Assembly (NCBI GenBank): GCA_964291415.2
Contig: OZ219918.1
Span: forward strand, 896,001 to 960,000
DNA length: 64,000 nucleotides
DNA from: Alphaproteobacteria bacterium
Lineage (GTDB): Bacteria > Pseudomonadota > Alphaproteobacteria > SP197
Direction of reading: 5' to 3'
The position numbers and the translations under genes were made by a program. Within the stretch, counting starts at the first letter, position 1. Each line of letters opens with the position of its first letter. Below, in pieces: positions 1 to 9,671 of this stretch. The notes beneath the pieces were generated by a model, which saw only the letters and a list, made by a program, of their open reading frames with translations, ran no database searches and was not told the origin of the DNA.

Positions 1-437
1 CACAGGGCGCCGGCAAGATCGCGCGTCTCCAGGAAGGGTGCTTCTCCGGCGACTTCAAGCGGAGTCAGGATGCGGACGGCCAGACCCATCATCTCGCCCG
101 TTGCGGCAATCCGGCAGAGCTCTTCCATACGCTCGCCGGTCGTCGCAAGCCAGTAACCCCCCGTCTCGCGAAAGCCGGTGTCCTGACCCGTTTCCTCCTT
201 TAGACGTGGCAGGAGCTCAAGGGCATAGGCAGCAAGGCGCGTGAGGTTCATGCTGGCTCGCAATGGTCCGATGATGCCCGCCGCATGCCAGGACGTGCCG
301 CTGGCCAGCTGATTGCGCTCAATGAGAAGAACGTCGTCCAGGCCAAGTCGTGCGAGATGGTAGGCGATCGACAGGCCGGTCACGCCACCGCCGACGATGA
401 CAACCTGTGCAGTCTGCTGGTGCGATGTTGATGCCAT
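1..437 (-). CDS. GcvT-family FAD-dependent oxidoreductase (dimethylglycine/sarcosine dehydrogenase-like), 5' part; runs off the window
   Basis: Not in the ORF track. Hand translation from ATG at 437 gives MASTSHQQTAQVVIVGGGVTGLSIAYHLARLG...ERNQLASGTSWHAAG, with the GxGxxG and SWHAAG motifs; the frame is open to the window edge. Confidence 0.88.
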   Translation of the reverse strand, partial: MASTSHQQTAQVVIVGGGVTGLSIAYHLARLGLDDVLLIERNQLASGTSWHAAGIIGPLRASMNLTRLAAYALELLPRLKEETGQDTGFRETGGYWLATTGERMEELCRIAATGEMMGLAVRILTPLEVAGEAPFLETRDLAGAL

Positions 438-608
438 GGTCTTCAGACCAGTCGGCCTTTGAGGAAGCCGACCCGCGGTTTCCTTTCGCGGGGCATGATA
501 CCAGAGCAGATCCGGTCCGCCCCGCTCAAGACATGCTCCCCGGCATGGCAGCATTGGCGGGGAAGTTTCGCTCCCTGAACTGCGTTTTCCTCTCTGGAAG
601 CCGGCGCA

Positions 609-2168
609 TCAGCCGGCCTTGCGAATGGCTTCGAGGCGCCGGGCGACGAAATCGTCGATTCCCTCGCGCACAGCCTGATCCATTGGTGGTGGTTCGTACT
701 GCGCCAGCATCTCCTTGAACCGGACATTGAGGCGCTGATGCTGCCAGCGCGATCCGTCCGCCGTCCACTGCTCGAACGTCGAGTTGTCGGCGGTGTCGGA
801 AAGAAAGTTGGCCGTCTCGAAATGACGAAGGGTGTGCGCGCTGCCGAGGAAATGGTGGCCCGGTCCGACCTCCCTGATCGCATCGAGTGCCTGCGCTTCA
901 GGTGAAAGATCGACCCCGGAGGCGAACTTCTGCAACGCCGCGCAGCGGTCGGCGTCCATCAACGTCTTTTCGTATCCCATCGTCAGCAGGCCCTCTAGAC
1001 AGCCCGTGGCGTGAATGATGAAGTGCACGCCTGCCATGAACGCTCCGAGCAGCTGGGTCGCGCTTTCGTAAGCCGCCTGGGCATCCGGCACCTTCGAGGC
1101 GGTGAGTGCTCCGACGGAATGAAATGGAACACCAAGGCGTCGGGCGAGGGCAGCGGCGCACATCTGGATCTGCATTCCCTCAGGTGTCCCGAAAGTCGGC
1201 GCACCGGTCTTGAGAGAGATCGGACTCGAGAAGGTGCCGAAGACGCATGGCGCACCGGGCCGAATGAGCTGGATCAGCGCGAGTCCCGCCAAGGCCTCGG
1301 CGAGCAACTGCGCCAATGTGCCGGCAACCGTCACCGGGCTCATGGCGCCTGCGAGAATGAAGGGTGAGACCACGACGGCCTGACCTGCACGCGCATAGAC
1401 CTTGAGCGCTCCGAGCATCGTGGCGTCCAAGACCAGAGGCGCGTTGCTGTTGACGACGCTGTAGATGCAGCAGTGCGTGTCCACGAACCGGTCTCCGAAC
1501 ACGATCCGGGCCATCGTCACGGTATCCTCGGCTCGTTCGGGAGCGGTCACCGCGCCCATGAATGGCTTGTCGTTCAGGGTCAGGTGAGCGCGAATCATCG
1601 ACAGATGCCGTTCGGTTACCGGCAGGTCGACCGGCTCGCACACCACTCCCCCCGAGTGGTGCACACTCGCCAGCAGGTAGTGGAGTCGGGTCAGGTTCTC
1701 GAAGTCCGCGAGCGTCGCATACCGGCGCCCGGCGTCCATGTCGTGCACGAAAGGCGGACCGAAGCTCGGACAGAAAAGCGAGTTGTTGCCTCCGATGCGA
1801 ACGGAGCGCTCCGGATTGCGGGCGTGCTGCACGAACTCGACCGGCGCGCTCGCTTCAATGATTGCGCGGCAGTGTCCAGGTTCGAACCGTACCCGCTCAC
1901 CCACAACCCGGGCACCGGCATCGCGCAGGATGGCGAGCACCTCCGCATCGCCGCGAAACTCCATCCCGATCTCGGCGAGTATCAGGTCGGCATTGCGTTC
2001 GATCAGCGCCAACCCTTCCTCATCGAGCAGTTCGAATACACCGACGTTGCGCTGTATGTATGCCGGCGCGGCCAGCCTTGCGGACCGGGCCGCCTGGCCG
2101 CGGGCGGTGCGTCGTGCCGCGCTGCCACCGCGACGCATCGAAGTGGCGGGGGGCACGCGTGCACTCAC
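609..2168 (-). CDS. trimethylamine methyltransferase (MttB) family protein, non-pyrrolysine type
   Basis: 519 aa with typical MttB segments (ARNPERSVRIGG, PFILAGAMSPVT, GAPTFGTPE, SKVPDAQAAYES, GPGHHFLG); no in-frame TAG; start overlaps the upstream stop. Confidence 0.9.
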   Translation of the reverse strand: MSARVPPATSMRRGGSAARRTARGQAARSARLAAPAYIQRNVGVFELLDEEGLALIERNADLILAEIGMEFRGDAEVLAILRDAGARVVGERVRFEPGHCRAIIEASAPVEFVQHARNPERSVRIGGNNSLFCPSFGPPFVHDMDAGRRYATLADFENLTRLHYLLASVHHSGGVVCEPVDLPVTERHLSMIRAHLTLNDKPFMGAVTAPERAEDTVTMARIVFGDRFVDTHCCIYSVVNSNAPLVLDATMLGALKVYARAGQAVVVSPFILAGAMSPVTVAGTLAQLLAEALAGLALIQLIRPGAPCVFGTFSSPISLKTGAPTFGTPEGMQIQMCAAALARRLGVPFHSVGALTASKVPDAQAAYESATQLLGAFMAGVHFIIHATGCLEGLLTMGYEKTLMDADRCAALQKFASGVDLSPEAQALDAIREVGPGHHFLGSAHTLRHFETANFLSDTADNSTFEQWTADGSRWQHQRLNVRFKEMLAQYEPPPMDQAVREGIDDFVARRLEAIRKAG

Positions 2169-4606
2169 GTCGCTGTCCCCCGCAGACGCGCGTTCGTCGG
2201 ATCGTAGGGTGCATCACTGAGCACGCGCGCGCGCACCTCGCAAGCTGGCAGCCTTACCAGCAGTTCGTCAGCCGGGTCCGGTGCGCCCTCCCGGAACCAG
2301 GCAAGCGCGAGGCTCGCCTCCACGCGATGGCCGAACGCGCCGGACGTCACGAGACCGACGACCTTTCCGCGGCAAAGGACCGTGTGCATGCCAGATGCAT
2401 CGACGCCATGATCCTCGAGTTCGAGCAAGGCCATGCGCCATGGTCGTCCGGTCTCGCGTTCGAGCATCCGGTCACGGCCGACGAACGACCGGCCCGAGGT
2501 TCTGACGAGATGACGAAGTCCCGCCTCCATTGGCGTGCGCTCTGTGCCGAGGTCGGGACCGAATGCCCGGTAACCCTTCTCGAGCCGCATGGCGTTCAGG
2601 GCGAAGGCGCCAAAATGCACGAGATCATGGCGGGCGCCTTCCTCGACTATTGCGGCGTACAACGCGCCCATCCGAGGCATCGGAAGATGCAACTCGAACC
2701 CCGATTCGCCAACGTAGGAGATGCGCAGGGCACGCACGGCCACCCCCGCCAACTTCAACTCGCGCGCCGTCAGCCACGGGAACGATCCGACGTCGAGATT
2801 CGTGCGAGTGAGCCGGCTGAGGAGTGTCGAAGCTGCAGGGCCCATTACCGCCAGTACGCCGCGTTCGGCCGTCACGTCCTCCACCAGAACCTCCAGACCT
2901 TCCGAGCGCGTACGCAGCAGGTCCAGGTCGTGGCGCAGGGCAACCGCGGCACTCGTCAGATAGAATCGGCCACCTTCAAGGCGCGTCACGGTGAACTCGG
3001 CTGCAACTCCTCCGGAAGGGGTCAGGACGTGCATGAGACCGAGACGCCCTTCGGTTTCCGGCGCCCGGTTGGCTCCCAGGCTGGCGAGCCAGTGGGCAGC
3101 GTCCGGTCCCGAGACCTCGAACTTGGCAAGGGCCGAGAGCTCGGCGATGCCCGCAGAGTCGCTCACCCTCCGGCATTCCTCGGCGACGACGTCGAACCAG
3201 TTGCATCTGCGAAAGGACAGTTCCGGCTCGCGCTCGCTCTCGTCACGCGCGAAATAGTTGGGCCGCTCCCACCCGTTGACACTGCCCATCACTGCTCCTT
3301 CCTTGAGCAGCGACCTGTAGAGTGGTGTGGTGCGCACCGGCCGGCCAGCCGGTCGTTCCTCGCCGGGGTAGTGGATGGCGAACTGCCGGGCGAAGCACTC
3401 GGTTGCCTTGGCCACCCGGTAGCCGCGGTCGGCCCAGGCGCCGAAACGGCGCGGGTCGACTGCCTGCGCATCCATTGGCGGCTCACCGGCGATGATCCAC
3501 TCGGCAAGAAATCGCCCCGCTCCACCGCCTTCCATGATGCCCATGCTCGAGCCCGTGAGCAGCCAGCTGTTCGGCAGGCCGAATGCCGGGCCGATGAGGG
3601 GATTCGCGTCTGGCGTGAAGGTGATCGGACCGTTGATGATCGAACGGACTCCGCCTTCGGCCAGCGCCGGCAGGCGGCGCATCGCACATTCCACGATTGG
3701 CTCGATCCGGGCGAGGTCCGGCTCCAGCAGTTCCATGCCGAATCCGGCCGGTACGCCGTCAACCGACCAGGCCCTGGCGTCCTTCTCGTAAGGGCCGACG
3801 ATGAGACCGTCACGTTCTTGGCGCACGTACCAGCTCTCTTCGGGGTCGCGGATGATGGGGAGTTCGTGCTCCAGGTTCGCGACGACCCCAATTCGACTGG
3901 TTACCAGATACTGATGCAGCATCGGCACCACGGGAAGGTCCACTCCCGTCATCGCGGCGACCTCGCGGCACCACGTACCTGCCGCGTTCACAACGTGCTC
4001 GGCGAGGACACTGCCCTTCGCCGTCGTTACCCGCCACCCGGCGTCGCCGCTCACTGGTTCGATCGACTCCACGGGGCAGTTCCGATGGATTGTCGCCCCG
4101 CCCTGTCGCGCCCCCGCCGCCATGGCCTGCGTCGCCTGACTTGGGTCGACGTGACCATCGTGCGGCTCGTAGATCGCGCCGGCGAGTCCGTTCACCAGGG
4201 CCAGGGGGTGCAGATCGCGCACCTCTTCCGGTCCGATGATGTGAAACTCACAACCGGTGAAGCATCCCAGACCCTGGACATGGGCAAACTCGTCGAGACG
4301 GTCCCGGGATCGGGTGATGCGCAGTGCTCCCGACGGGTGGAAACCGACCTCGACGCCGGTTTCCTGCGCGAGTTGCTTGCGGTAAAGGTGCACACTGTGC
4401 GCGCGCATCTCCATCACCGTGGGGCTGTGCGCGAAGTGCGTGCAAAGCCCCGCCGCGTGCCATGTCGAGCCCGCCGTCAGTTCACTCTTTTCAAATAGCA
4501 CGACCTCGTTCCAGCCGAGCCGGGTCAGGTGATAGAGCGCCGAGACCCCCATCACGCCGCCGCCGATGATCACGACTCGCGCGTGCGATTGCACCGCCGC
4601 ACTCAT
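2165..4606 (-). CDS. GcvT-family FAD-dependent oxidoreductase (dimethylglycine dehydrogenase-like)
   Basis: 813 aa; VVIIGGGVMG, GSTWHAAG, INGPITFTPD, GWERPNYF, C-terminal GcvT folate-binding domain (RISYVGESGFEL, RLEKGYR). Confidence 0.92.
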   Translation of the reverse strand: MSAAVQSHARVVIIGGGVMGVSALYHLTRLGWNEVVLFEKSELTAGSTWHAAGLCTHFAHSPTVMEMRAHSVHLYRKQLAQETGVEVGFHPSGALRITRSRDRLDEFAHVQGLGCFTGCEFHIIGPEEVRDLHPLALVNGLAGAIYEPHDGHVDPSQATQAMAAGARQGGATIHRNCPVESIEPVSGDAGWRVTTAKGSVLAEHVVNAAGTWCREVAAMTGVDLPVVPMLHQYLVTSRIGVVANLEHELPIIRDPEESWYVRQERDGLIVGPYEKDARAWSVDGVPAGFGMELLEPDLARIEPIVECAMRRLPALAEGGVRSIINGPITFTPDANPLIGPAFGLPNSWLLTGSSMGIMEGGGAGRFLAEWIIAGEPPMDAQAVDPRRFGAWADRGYRVAKATECFARQFAIHYPGEERPAGRPVRTTPLYRSLLKEGAVMGSVNGWERPNYFARDESEREPELSFRRCNWFDVVAEECRRVSDSAGIAELSALAKFEVSGPDAAHWLASLGANRAPETEGRLGLMHVLTPSGGVAAEFTVTRLEGGRFYLTSAAVALRHDLDLLRTRSEGLEVLVEDVTAERGVLAVMGPAASTLLSRLTRTNLDVGSFPWLTARELKLAGVAVRALRISYVGESGFELHLPMPRMGALYAAIVEEGARHDLVHFGAFALNAMRLEKGYRAFGPDLGTERTPMEAGLRHLVRTSGRSFVGRDRMLERETGRPWRMALLELEDHGVDASGMHTVLCRGKVVGLVTSGAFGHRVEASLALAWFREGAPDPADELLVRLPACEVRARVLSDAPYDPTNARLRGTAT

Positions 4607-5152
4607 ACCCCCAAGTATCCCACAGCACGGTGTCGGGCCGTCCCGACATTGTATGCGATGGATGCCAAGGGCGACTCACCGTGCCTGTGGCGTGCCTTGT
4701 GCATCGTCAGTTCCGGTTCCGCCGGCGAAAGGAGTCGGGTCGGCAGGAATCCGTCCTGGCGCACGCGACAACGGCCCCTCCAGAGGAGGAGGCGACGCGA
4801 AACGCTTCGGATCCTCTGTTCCATGAGCGCCTGACTCCCGATGAGTCGATCAGGCATTCTCCACCCTACGCCAGTTACGGGCAGAATACTGTTCACCCTG
4901 ATACCGTACTAGCGAGTCCGGGCGTCTCAGGATGACGGGAGAGAGTGAGGCCGGAACCTCTCAGGGGCTCAACAAAGGATGGAGTCTTGTGCTGTCATTT
5001 TTTCGCAGAAGGGTGGCGGCGGTGATACACTTCAAGGGACGGAAGGTGGGGGCACTGGATGCTCCTTGTCTTCGACTGTTGCGCCAAATGACCCTGAGTT
5101 GGCGGCTTCCGGACCCACGCTGACATTCCTGATCGACGGGGGAAAACCAAAG

Positions 5153-6487
5153 ATGAGTGACCATGAAGCGGGTTGTGTCGATGCCATGACGACGGACTGG
5201 ACGACGGATGGCATCGTTGCCCGGCGCGAAAAGTACTATGCGGCATCACAGCGCAAGTTTGTGCCCTACGAGACACCTCTCATCTTCCGCCGCGGCAGGG
5301 GTCAATACCTGTGGGACGAGACCGGCAAGAAATACATCGATCTCCTGGGCATGAATCTCTGCATTTCGGTCGGTCATGCGCACCCTGCCGTGGTACAGGC
5401 GGCTCAGGAGCAGATTGCCGAACTGACTCACTGCACGACGATGTTTTATCACCCCGTGCCTGCCCATCTGGCCGAGGAACTCACAGCCACCATGCCGGAT
5501 GGTGAAGACTGGGTTGTCCACTTCACCAACAGCGGTTCCGAGGCGATTGATCTTGCCTTGTTGATGGCGCGCAGCAGCACCGGCAACTCCGATATGCTGG
5601 CGTTGCGCAGCAGTTATCACGGCGCCACGTTCGGCGCTCAGGCACTGACCGGAATCAGTGGCTTTCGCCATCCGGTGCCGCAGCTTGGCGGGATCACCTT
5701 CGTGCCGGAACCGAATCAGTACCGGGGCGTCTTCGGTGCCGGCGTCGAGCCTTATCTCGCCGAGATCGACCGGGCCATCAATTCATCCACCAACGGCAGA
5801 CTGGCAGGCATGATCATCGAGCCAGTCCAGGGCTACGGGGGTATTGTCCCGATGCCCCCTGGCTATCTGCGAGGCGCGTTTTCCCGGGTTCGTTCGGCAG
5901 GCGGGTGCTGCATTGTCGACGAGGTCCAGGCCGGTTTCGCCCGCACGGGCGACAATTTCTGGGCGTTCGAGGCTGACGGCGTCGTGCCGGACATCGTCGT
6001 GATGGCCAAGGGTATCGGAAACGGTGTCCCTCTGGGCGCTGTCGTCGCCCGGCGTGACATTGCCGAGTGCATGGCCGACAAGTTCCTCTTTCACACCTAT
6101 GGGGCGAACCCCGTCGCCTGTGCCGTCGGGCGCGCCGTCCTGAGGGTCATTCGCGAGGAAGGGCTGCAGGAGAATGCGCGCAACGTGGGTGCCGCGCTGG
6201 CCGCTCGTCTCGCCGAACTGCAGCAGAAGTACGCGGTGATCGGTGATGTGCGGGGCCGCGGACTGATGCTGGCCATCGAGTGCGTCAAAGATCGCGCCAC
6301 ACGGGAACCGGACACCGAGACGACCGCACGCGTGTTCGAGGTGACACGGCAGGAGGGACTCGTCGTCAGCAAGTCGGGCCCCTACCGCAGTGTGCTGCGC
6401 ATGGTGCCGCCTCTTTGCCTGTCGATGGACGATGTACCGGTCGTCGCGGAACGACTGGACCGCAGTTTCGCTGCCGTCTTGAACTGA
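5153..6487 (+). CDS. class III PLP aminotransferase (AGXT2-like)
   Basis: GRGQYLWD, NSGSEAID, IIEPVQG, DEVQAGFARTG, MAKGIGNG (PLP Lys). Start placed at ATG 5153 instead of 4979. Confidence 0.9.
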   Translation: MSDHEAGCVDAMTTDWTTDGIVARREKYYAASQRKFVPYETPLIFRRGRGQYLWDETGKKYIDLLGMNLCISVGHAHPAVVQAAQEQIAELTHCTTMFYHPVPAHLAEELTATMPDGEDWVVHFTNSGSEAIDLALLMARSSTGNSDMLALRSSYHGATFGAQALTGISGFRHPVPQLGGITFVPEPNQYRGVFGAGVEPYLAEIDRAINSSTNGRLAGMIIEPVQGYGGIVPMPPGYLRGAFSRVRSAGGCCIVDEVQAGFARTGDNFWAFEADGVVPDIVVMAKGIGNGVPLGAVVARRDIAECMADKFLFHTYGANPVACAVGRAVLRVIREEGLQENARNVGAALAARLAELQQKYAVIGDVRGRGLMLAIECVKDRATREPDTETTARVFEVTRQEGLVVSKSGPYRSVLRMVPPLCLSMDDVPVVAERLDRSFAAVLN

Positions 6488-6494
6488 GACCCGG

Positions 6495-7886
6495 TCAGGC
6501 CTGCTGCCGCTGCGTTTCCGAGAGTTCGGATTCAAGCAGCTTGAGCCGAGAGGTAATGAAGGCGTCCCGTTCCCGACCACGCAACCGGTCGCCCTGGGAA
6601 AGGACAGAGACCACGCTTGCAAGCCTCTCCTTCATCAGGACGGCATCGTCTTTCCCTGCAACGACAGGTATTCGCAGAATCGTGTCGCCCGACCATGTGG
6701 GAATCGGTCCCGGGCCATCTCCAGCTGGCTGGCGGGGTTCACGGCCCTGGCTGAGGGCGCGGACGTCGCGACGCAGACGCCGCCTGAACCGGGTCACGCC
6801 CTTGTCCGATGTTGCCAAGTGTTCCTTGCCGTGGACGACGATCGGGCCAAGACTCACCATGGCCTCGTAGTCACCGGGGTTGCGTTGCCGTTCCTCAGGC
6901 GGCCGGTCGAACACCTCGCCCTGTTCCAGCCTCTCGATGTCGGCCGGATTGTTGTAGCGCACCGGGTCGGCACGGTCACCGAAGCAGGCCCACGCGACGA
7001 CCTTTGTGTTGCGGTCGTCGACCGGAAGGCACCAGCGAAAGAACGTGTTGCGGCCGAAGTAGCGTACGCGCGTGCCATCCATCTCGTGAACTGCACCCGA
7101 CTGGGTCATGTTGGGCAGCAGGTTTTCCTGTATGCGAAACCAGAGGTTGTCGCCTACGCGCCGGGTGATCGTGCAATAAACGGACTGATCGTTCTCATGG
7201 TATGTGACGTCGCCCAGGATGCCCCAGTTCTCGGAGAATTGCGGTCCGTTGACGAGTGTATGGAGAAACATGGAGTGGACGGGATCGACGCCGTTCTCTG
7301 TCACCTGGAGCCAATTGCAGGGGAAAGAGCAGGTGTAGGGGACCATCTCGACCCCAGGTACATCGAACGTGTCGAAGACCGGAAACTCCGGCAACAGGTC
7401 GGGTGGGCCCATGTAGGCAAAGACAAGCCCCTTGTACTCCCGCACCGGATAAGCGCCCTGGCATACCGTTCTGTAGACCGGTGAGTTCCGGGGCTCGGCC
7501 GGAGCCTCCAGCAGCGTGCCATCGATGTCATAGAGCCAGCCGTGATAGCAACACCGGATACCCCGTTCCTCGACACGGCCATATTCAAGCGATGCCCGGC
7601 GATGGGCGCAGTGTTTTCGGAGCAGCCCGAGTCGGCCTGACAGATCCCGGAACAGAACAAGGTCTTCGCCCAGGATCCTGATGGCGAGCGGCAGGTCTCC
7701 GATTTCCGAAGTCAAGGCAATTCCATGCCAGAAGCGCCGCAGGTATTCACCCGCCGGCGTCCCGTGTCCGACAAGGGTAAGTTCGGGGTCCGCGCTTGCA
7801 TCTTCGCGATCATGGTAGGCCGTGTACCCTGTGCCAGGCGTGGAATCATGCATGACGGAGCCTCCCCAATCCGGTTTGTCTGCCAT
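6495..7886 (-). CDS. Rieske non-heme iron oxygenase alpha subunit (phthalate dioxygenase/LigX-like)
   Basis: Rieske CAH...CCYH; mononuclear Fe motif ENGVDPVHSMFLH; N-terminal GTPAGEYLRRFW and C-terminal EHLATSDKGV. Alternative start at 7853. Confidence 0.9.
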   Translation of the reverse strand: MADKPDWGGSVMHDSTPGTGYTAYHDREDASADPELTLVGHGTPAGEYLRRFWHGIALTSEIGDLPLAIRILGEDLVLFRDLSGRLGLLRKHCAHRRASLEYGRVEERGIRCCYHGWLYDIDGTLLEAPAEPRNSPVYRTVCQGAYPVREYKGLVFAYMGPPDLLPEFPVFDTFDVPGVEMVPYTCSFPCNWLQVTENGVDPVHSMFLHTLVNGPQFSENWGILGDVTYHENDQSVYCTITRRVGDNLWFRIQENLLPNMTQSGAVHEMDGTRVRYFGRNTFFRWCLPVDDRNTKVVAWACFGDRADPVRYNNPADIERLEQGEVFDRPPEERQRNPGDYEAMVSLGPIVVHGKEHLATSDKGVTRFRRRLRRDVRALSQGREPRQPAGDGPGPIPTWSGDTILRIPVVAGKDDAVLMKERLASVVSVLSQGDRLRGRERDAFITSRLKLLESELSETQRQQA

Positions 7887-8120
7887 GTGACATCTGCTCT
7901 AGGGAGACACGCCCGTGCACCGGAAACGCGGCGTGCCATCAGCGACAGGGGCCGGAAAGCCGCAACGCCCGAAGCTGTTTTCTGAAACGGAGCATGAGAC
8001 CATTGTGGCAACCAGGCAAAGGGGAATTGGCAGCCACCACGGTCGAGCCGGCGTTCGCATGCGGACGGCAACTCCATTTGTCATCGCACAAAAGTGCGGT
8101 GTGGCTCTCACAATCTCGCG

Positions 8121-9671
8121 TCAGTCGTTCTTGCTGCTTCCCTGCACGATCCTGTCAATCACCATGGCACACAGTAGAATGGCCAGCCCGGCCAGAAGAC
8201 CATCGCCGACAGCGGCGTACTGAAGCGCCGTCAGGACATCGCCGCCAAGACCCTTGGCACCGATGAGGGAGGCAATAACCACCATGGAGAGACACATTAG
8301 AATGGTCTGGTTGATGCCAGTCATGATCGATGGAAGCGCCAGAGGCAGATCGACCTTGAAGAGGAGGAACCAGCGGGTCGCCCCATAGGCGAGCGCCGCT
8401 TCCCGCACGGAGTGGGGGACGCCCTGCAGGCCGAGTGCCGTCAGCCGCACCACTGGAGGAATGCCGAACATCAGAGTCGCCACGATGCCCGCAGGCTTGC
8501 CGATTCCGAAGAGGGCGATTACCGGGATGAGGTAAACGAAGGCGGGCATGGTCTGCATGAAGTCAAGAATGGGCCGGACAAGACCATAGAACTTCGCGTT
8601 GCGGCCGCAGACGATGCCGAGCGGGATGCCGAACAGGATGCACAGAAAGGCTGCGGTGCCGAGCAGGGCCACGGTGGCCATGCTTTCCTCCCAGAAGCCA
8701 AGGACGGCAAGGTACGCCAGTGCGGACCCCGTCATGATGGCCACCCGCCAGCCGGCGAGCTGTCTGGCAAGAACGAGAATGACGATCATGATGATGGGCC
8801 AGGGTGTCTCGACCAGGGTCAGTTCGAGTCCATCCAGGACAATTCGGATGGTACGCGTGATGCCGAAGAAGGCTGTTTCGAAGGTCTCGGCGAACCACTC
8901 CATCGTGTTGTCGAGCCAGCGGGCGCTGTCGACCCGCAGGGCGTTGCCAGCCGGGACACGGGAAAGCCAGTCGGGCGCCTCGGGAGACGAGAAGCGGTAG
9001 ACGATCATCGGATAGGCGATGAGAACGAGAAGACCGGCCGCGGCACCCCGCAGACGATTGAATGTGCCGTCGACCGACCTGTCCGATCGCCAGCGTACAA
9101 AGCGGCGCTCGAGAAACAGATTGGCCAGGGTGCCCTCGGCGACCTTCACGAATAGAAGGAGACCAAGTCCAACCACCAGGTGGAATGGCGCCCCAGCTGC
9201 TGCGGCAAGGGCGAACTGCTCTGCCTTGTCCGCTGCAGCCGCGATGGACTCGGCTGACTCCAGAAGCTTATCGGCGTGACTGGCTCCTTCGGCAAGTGCC
9301 AGTTCGGCGTCCGTAAAGCGTTGAGCGGCCTGTTCGCGCAACCGGCTGGCGCGAGCGGCCTCTTCGTAACCCAGGTTGCCGAATAGCCCAAAGCCAACCT
9401 GAACGAGGGCCACCATCTCGGCAAAGAACGACACCCAGAAGGGACCGGAGAGACCCCGTGCTCCCATCCATACCGGCCCCAGCAACGCGGCAGCCCAGTT
9501 GAACGACCAGACAAAGGCTCTGGAACGTTCGATCTTGTCGAACTCCAGGCCAAAGTAGGCGCCACTGCTGCCGGCAAACTCGCGGGCCAGATCTTGCAGT
9601 GATTCGTCGCGTGACGCCGAAGTCCTTACCTCGGCCGTGCTGTGGTCGTGCGTCTCTTGGGCCATGATCAT
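8121..9671 (-). CDS. glycine betaine/proline-type ABC transporter permease (ProW-like) with long N-terminal extension
   Basis: LDFMQTMPAFVYLIP, EAA loop (VREAALAYGA), INQTILMCLSMVVIASLIGAKGLG. Confidence 0.9.
   Translation of the reverse strand: MIMAQETHDHSTAEVRTSASRDESLQDLAREFAGSSGAYFGLEFDKIERSRAFVWSFNWAAALLGPVWMGARGLSGPFWVSFFAEMVALVQVGFGLFGNLGYEEAARASRLREQAAQRFTDAELALAEGASHADKLLESAESIAAAADKAEQFALAAAAGAPFHLVVGLGLLLFVKVAEGTLANLFLERRFVRWRSDRSVDGTFNRLRGAAAGLLVLIAYPMIVYRFSSPEAPDWLSRVPAGNALRVDSARWLDNTMEWFAETFETAFFGITRTIRIVLDGLELTLVETPWPIIMIVILVLARQLAGWRVAIMTGSALAYLAVLGFWEESMATVALLGTAAFLCILFGIPLGIVCGRNAKFYGLVRPILDFMQTMPAFVYLIPVIALFGIGKPAGIVATLMFGIPPVVRLTALGLQGVPHSVREAALAYGATRWFLLFKVDLPLALPSIMTGINQTILMCLSMVVIASLIGAKGLGGDVLTALQYAAVGDGLLAGLAILLCAMVIDRIVQGSSKND

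Noticed and set aside
609-2168. Pyrrolysine recoding in MttB
   Set aside because: No in-frame TAG and no pyl genes.
1862-4498. 878-aa plus-strand ORF (likewise 38782-40458, 45491-47059, 47547-49409 and others)
   Set aside because: Antisense shadows of well-supported genes in GC-rich DNA; Arg/Gly-rich with no motifs.
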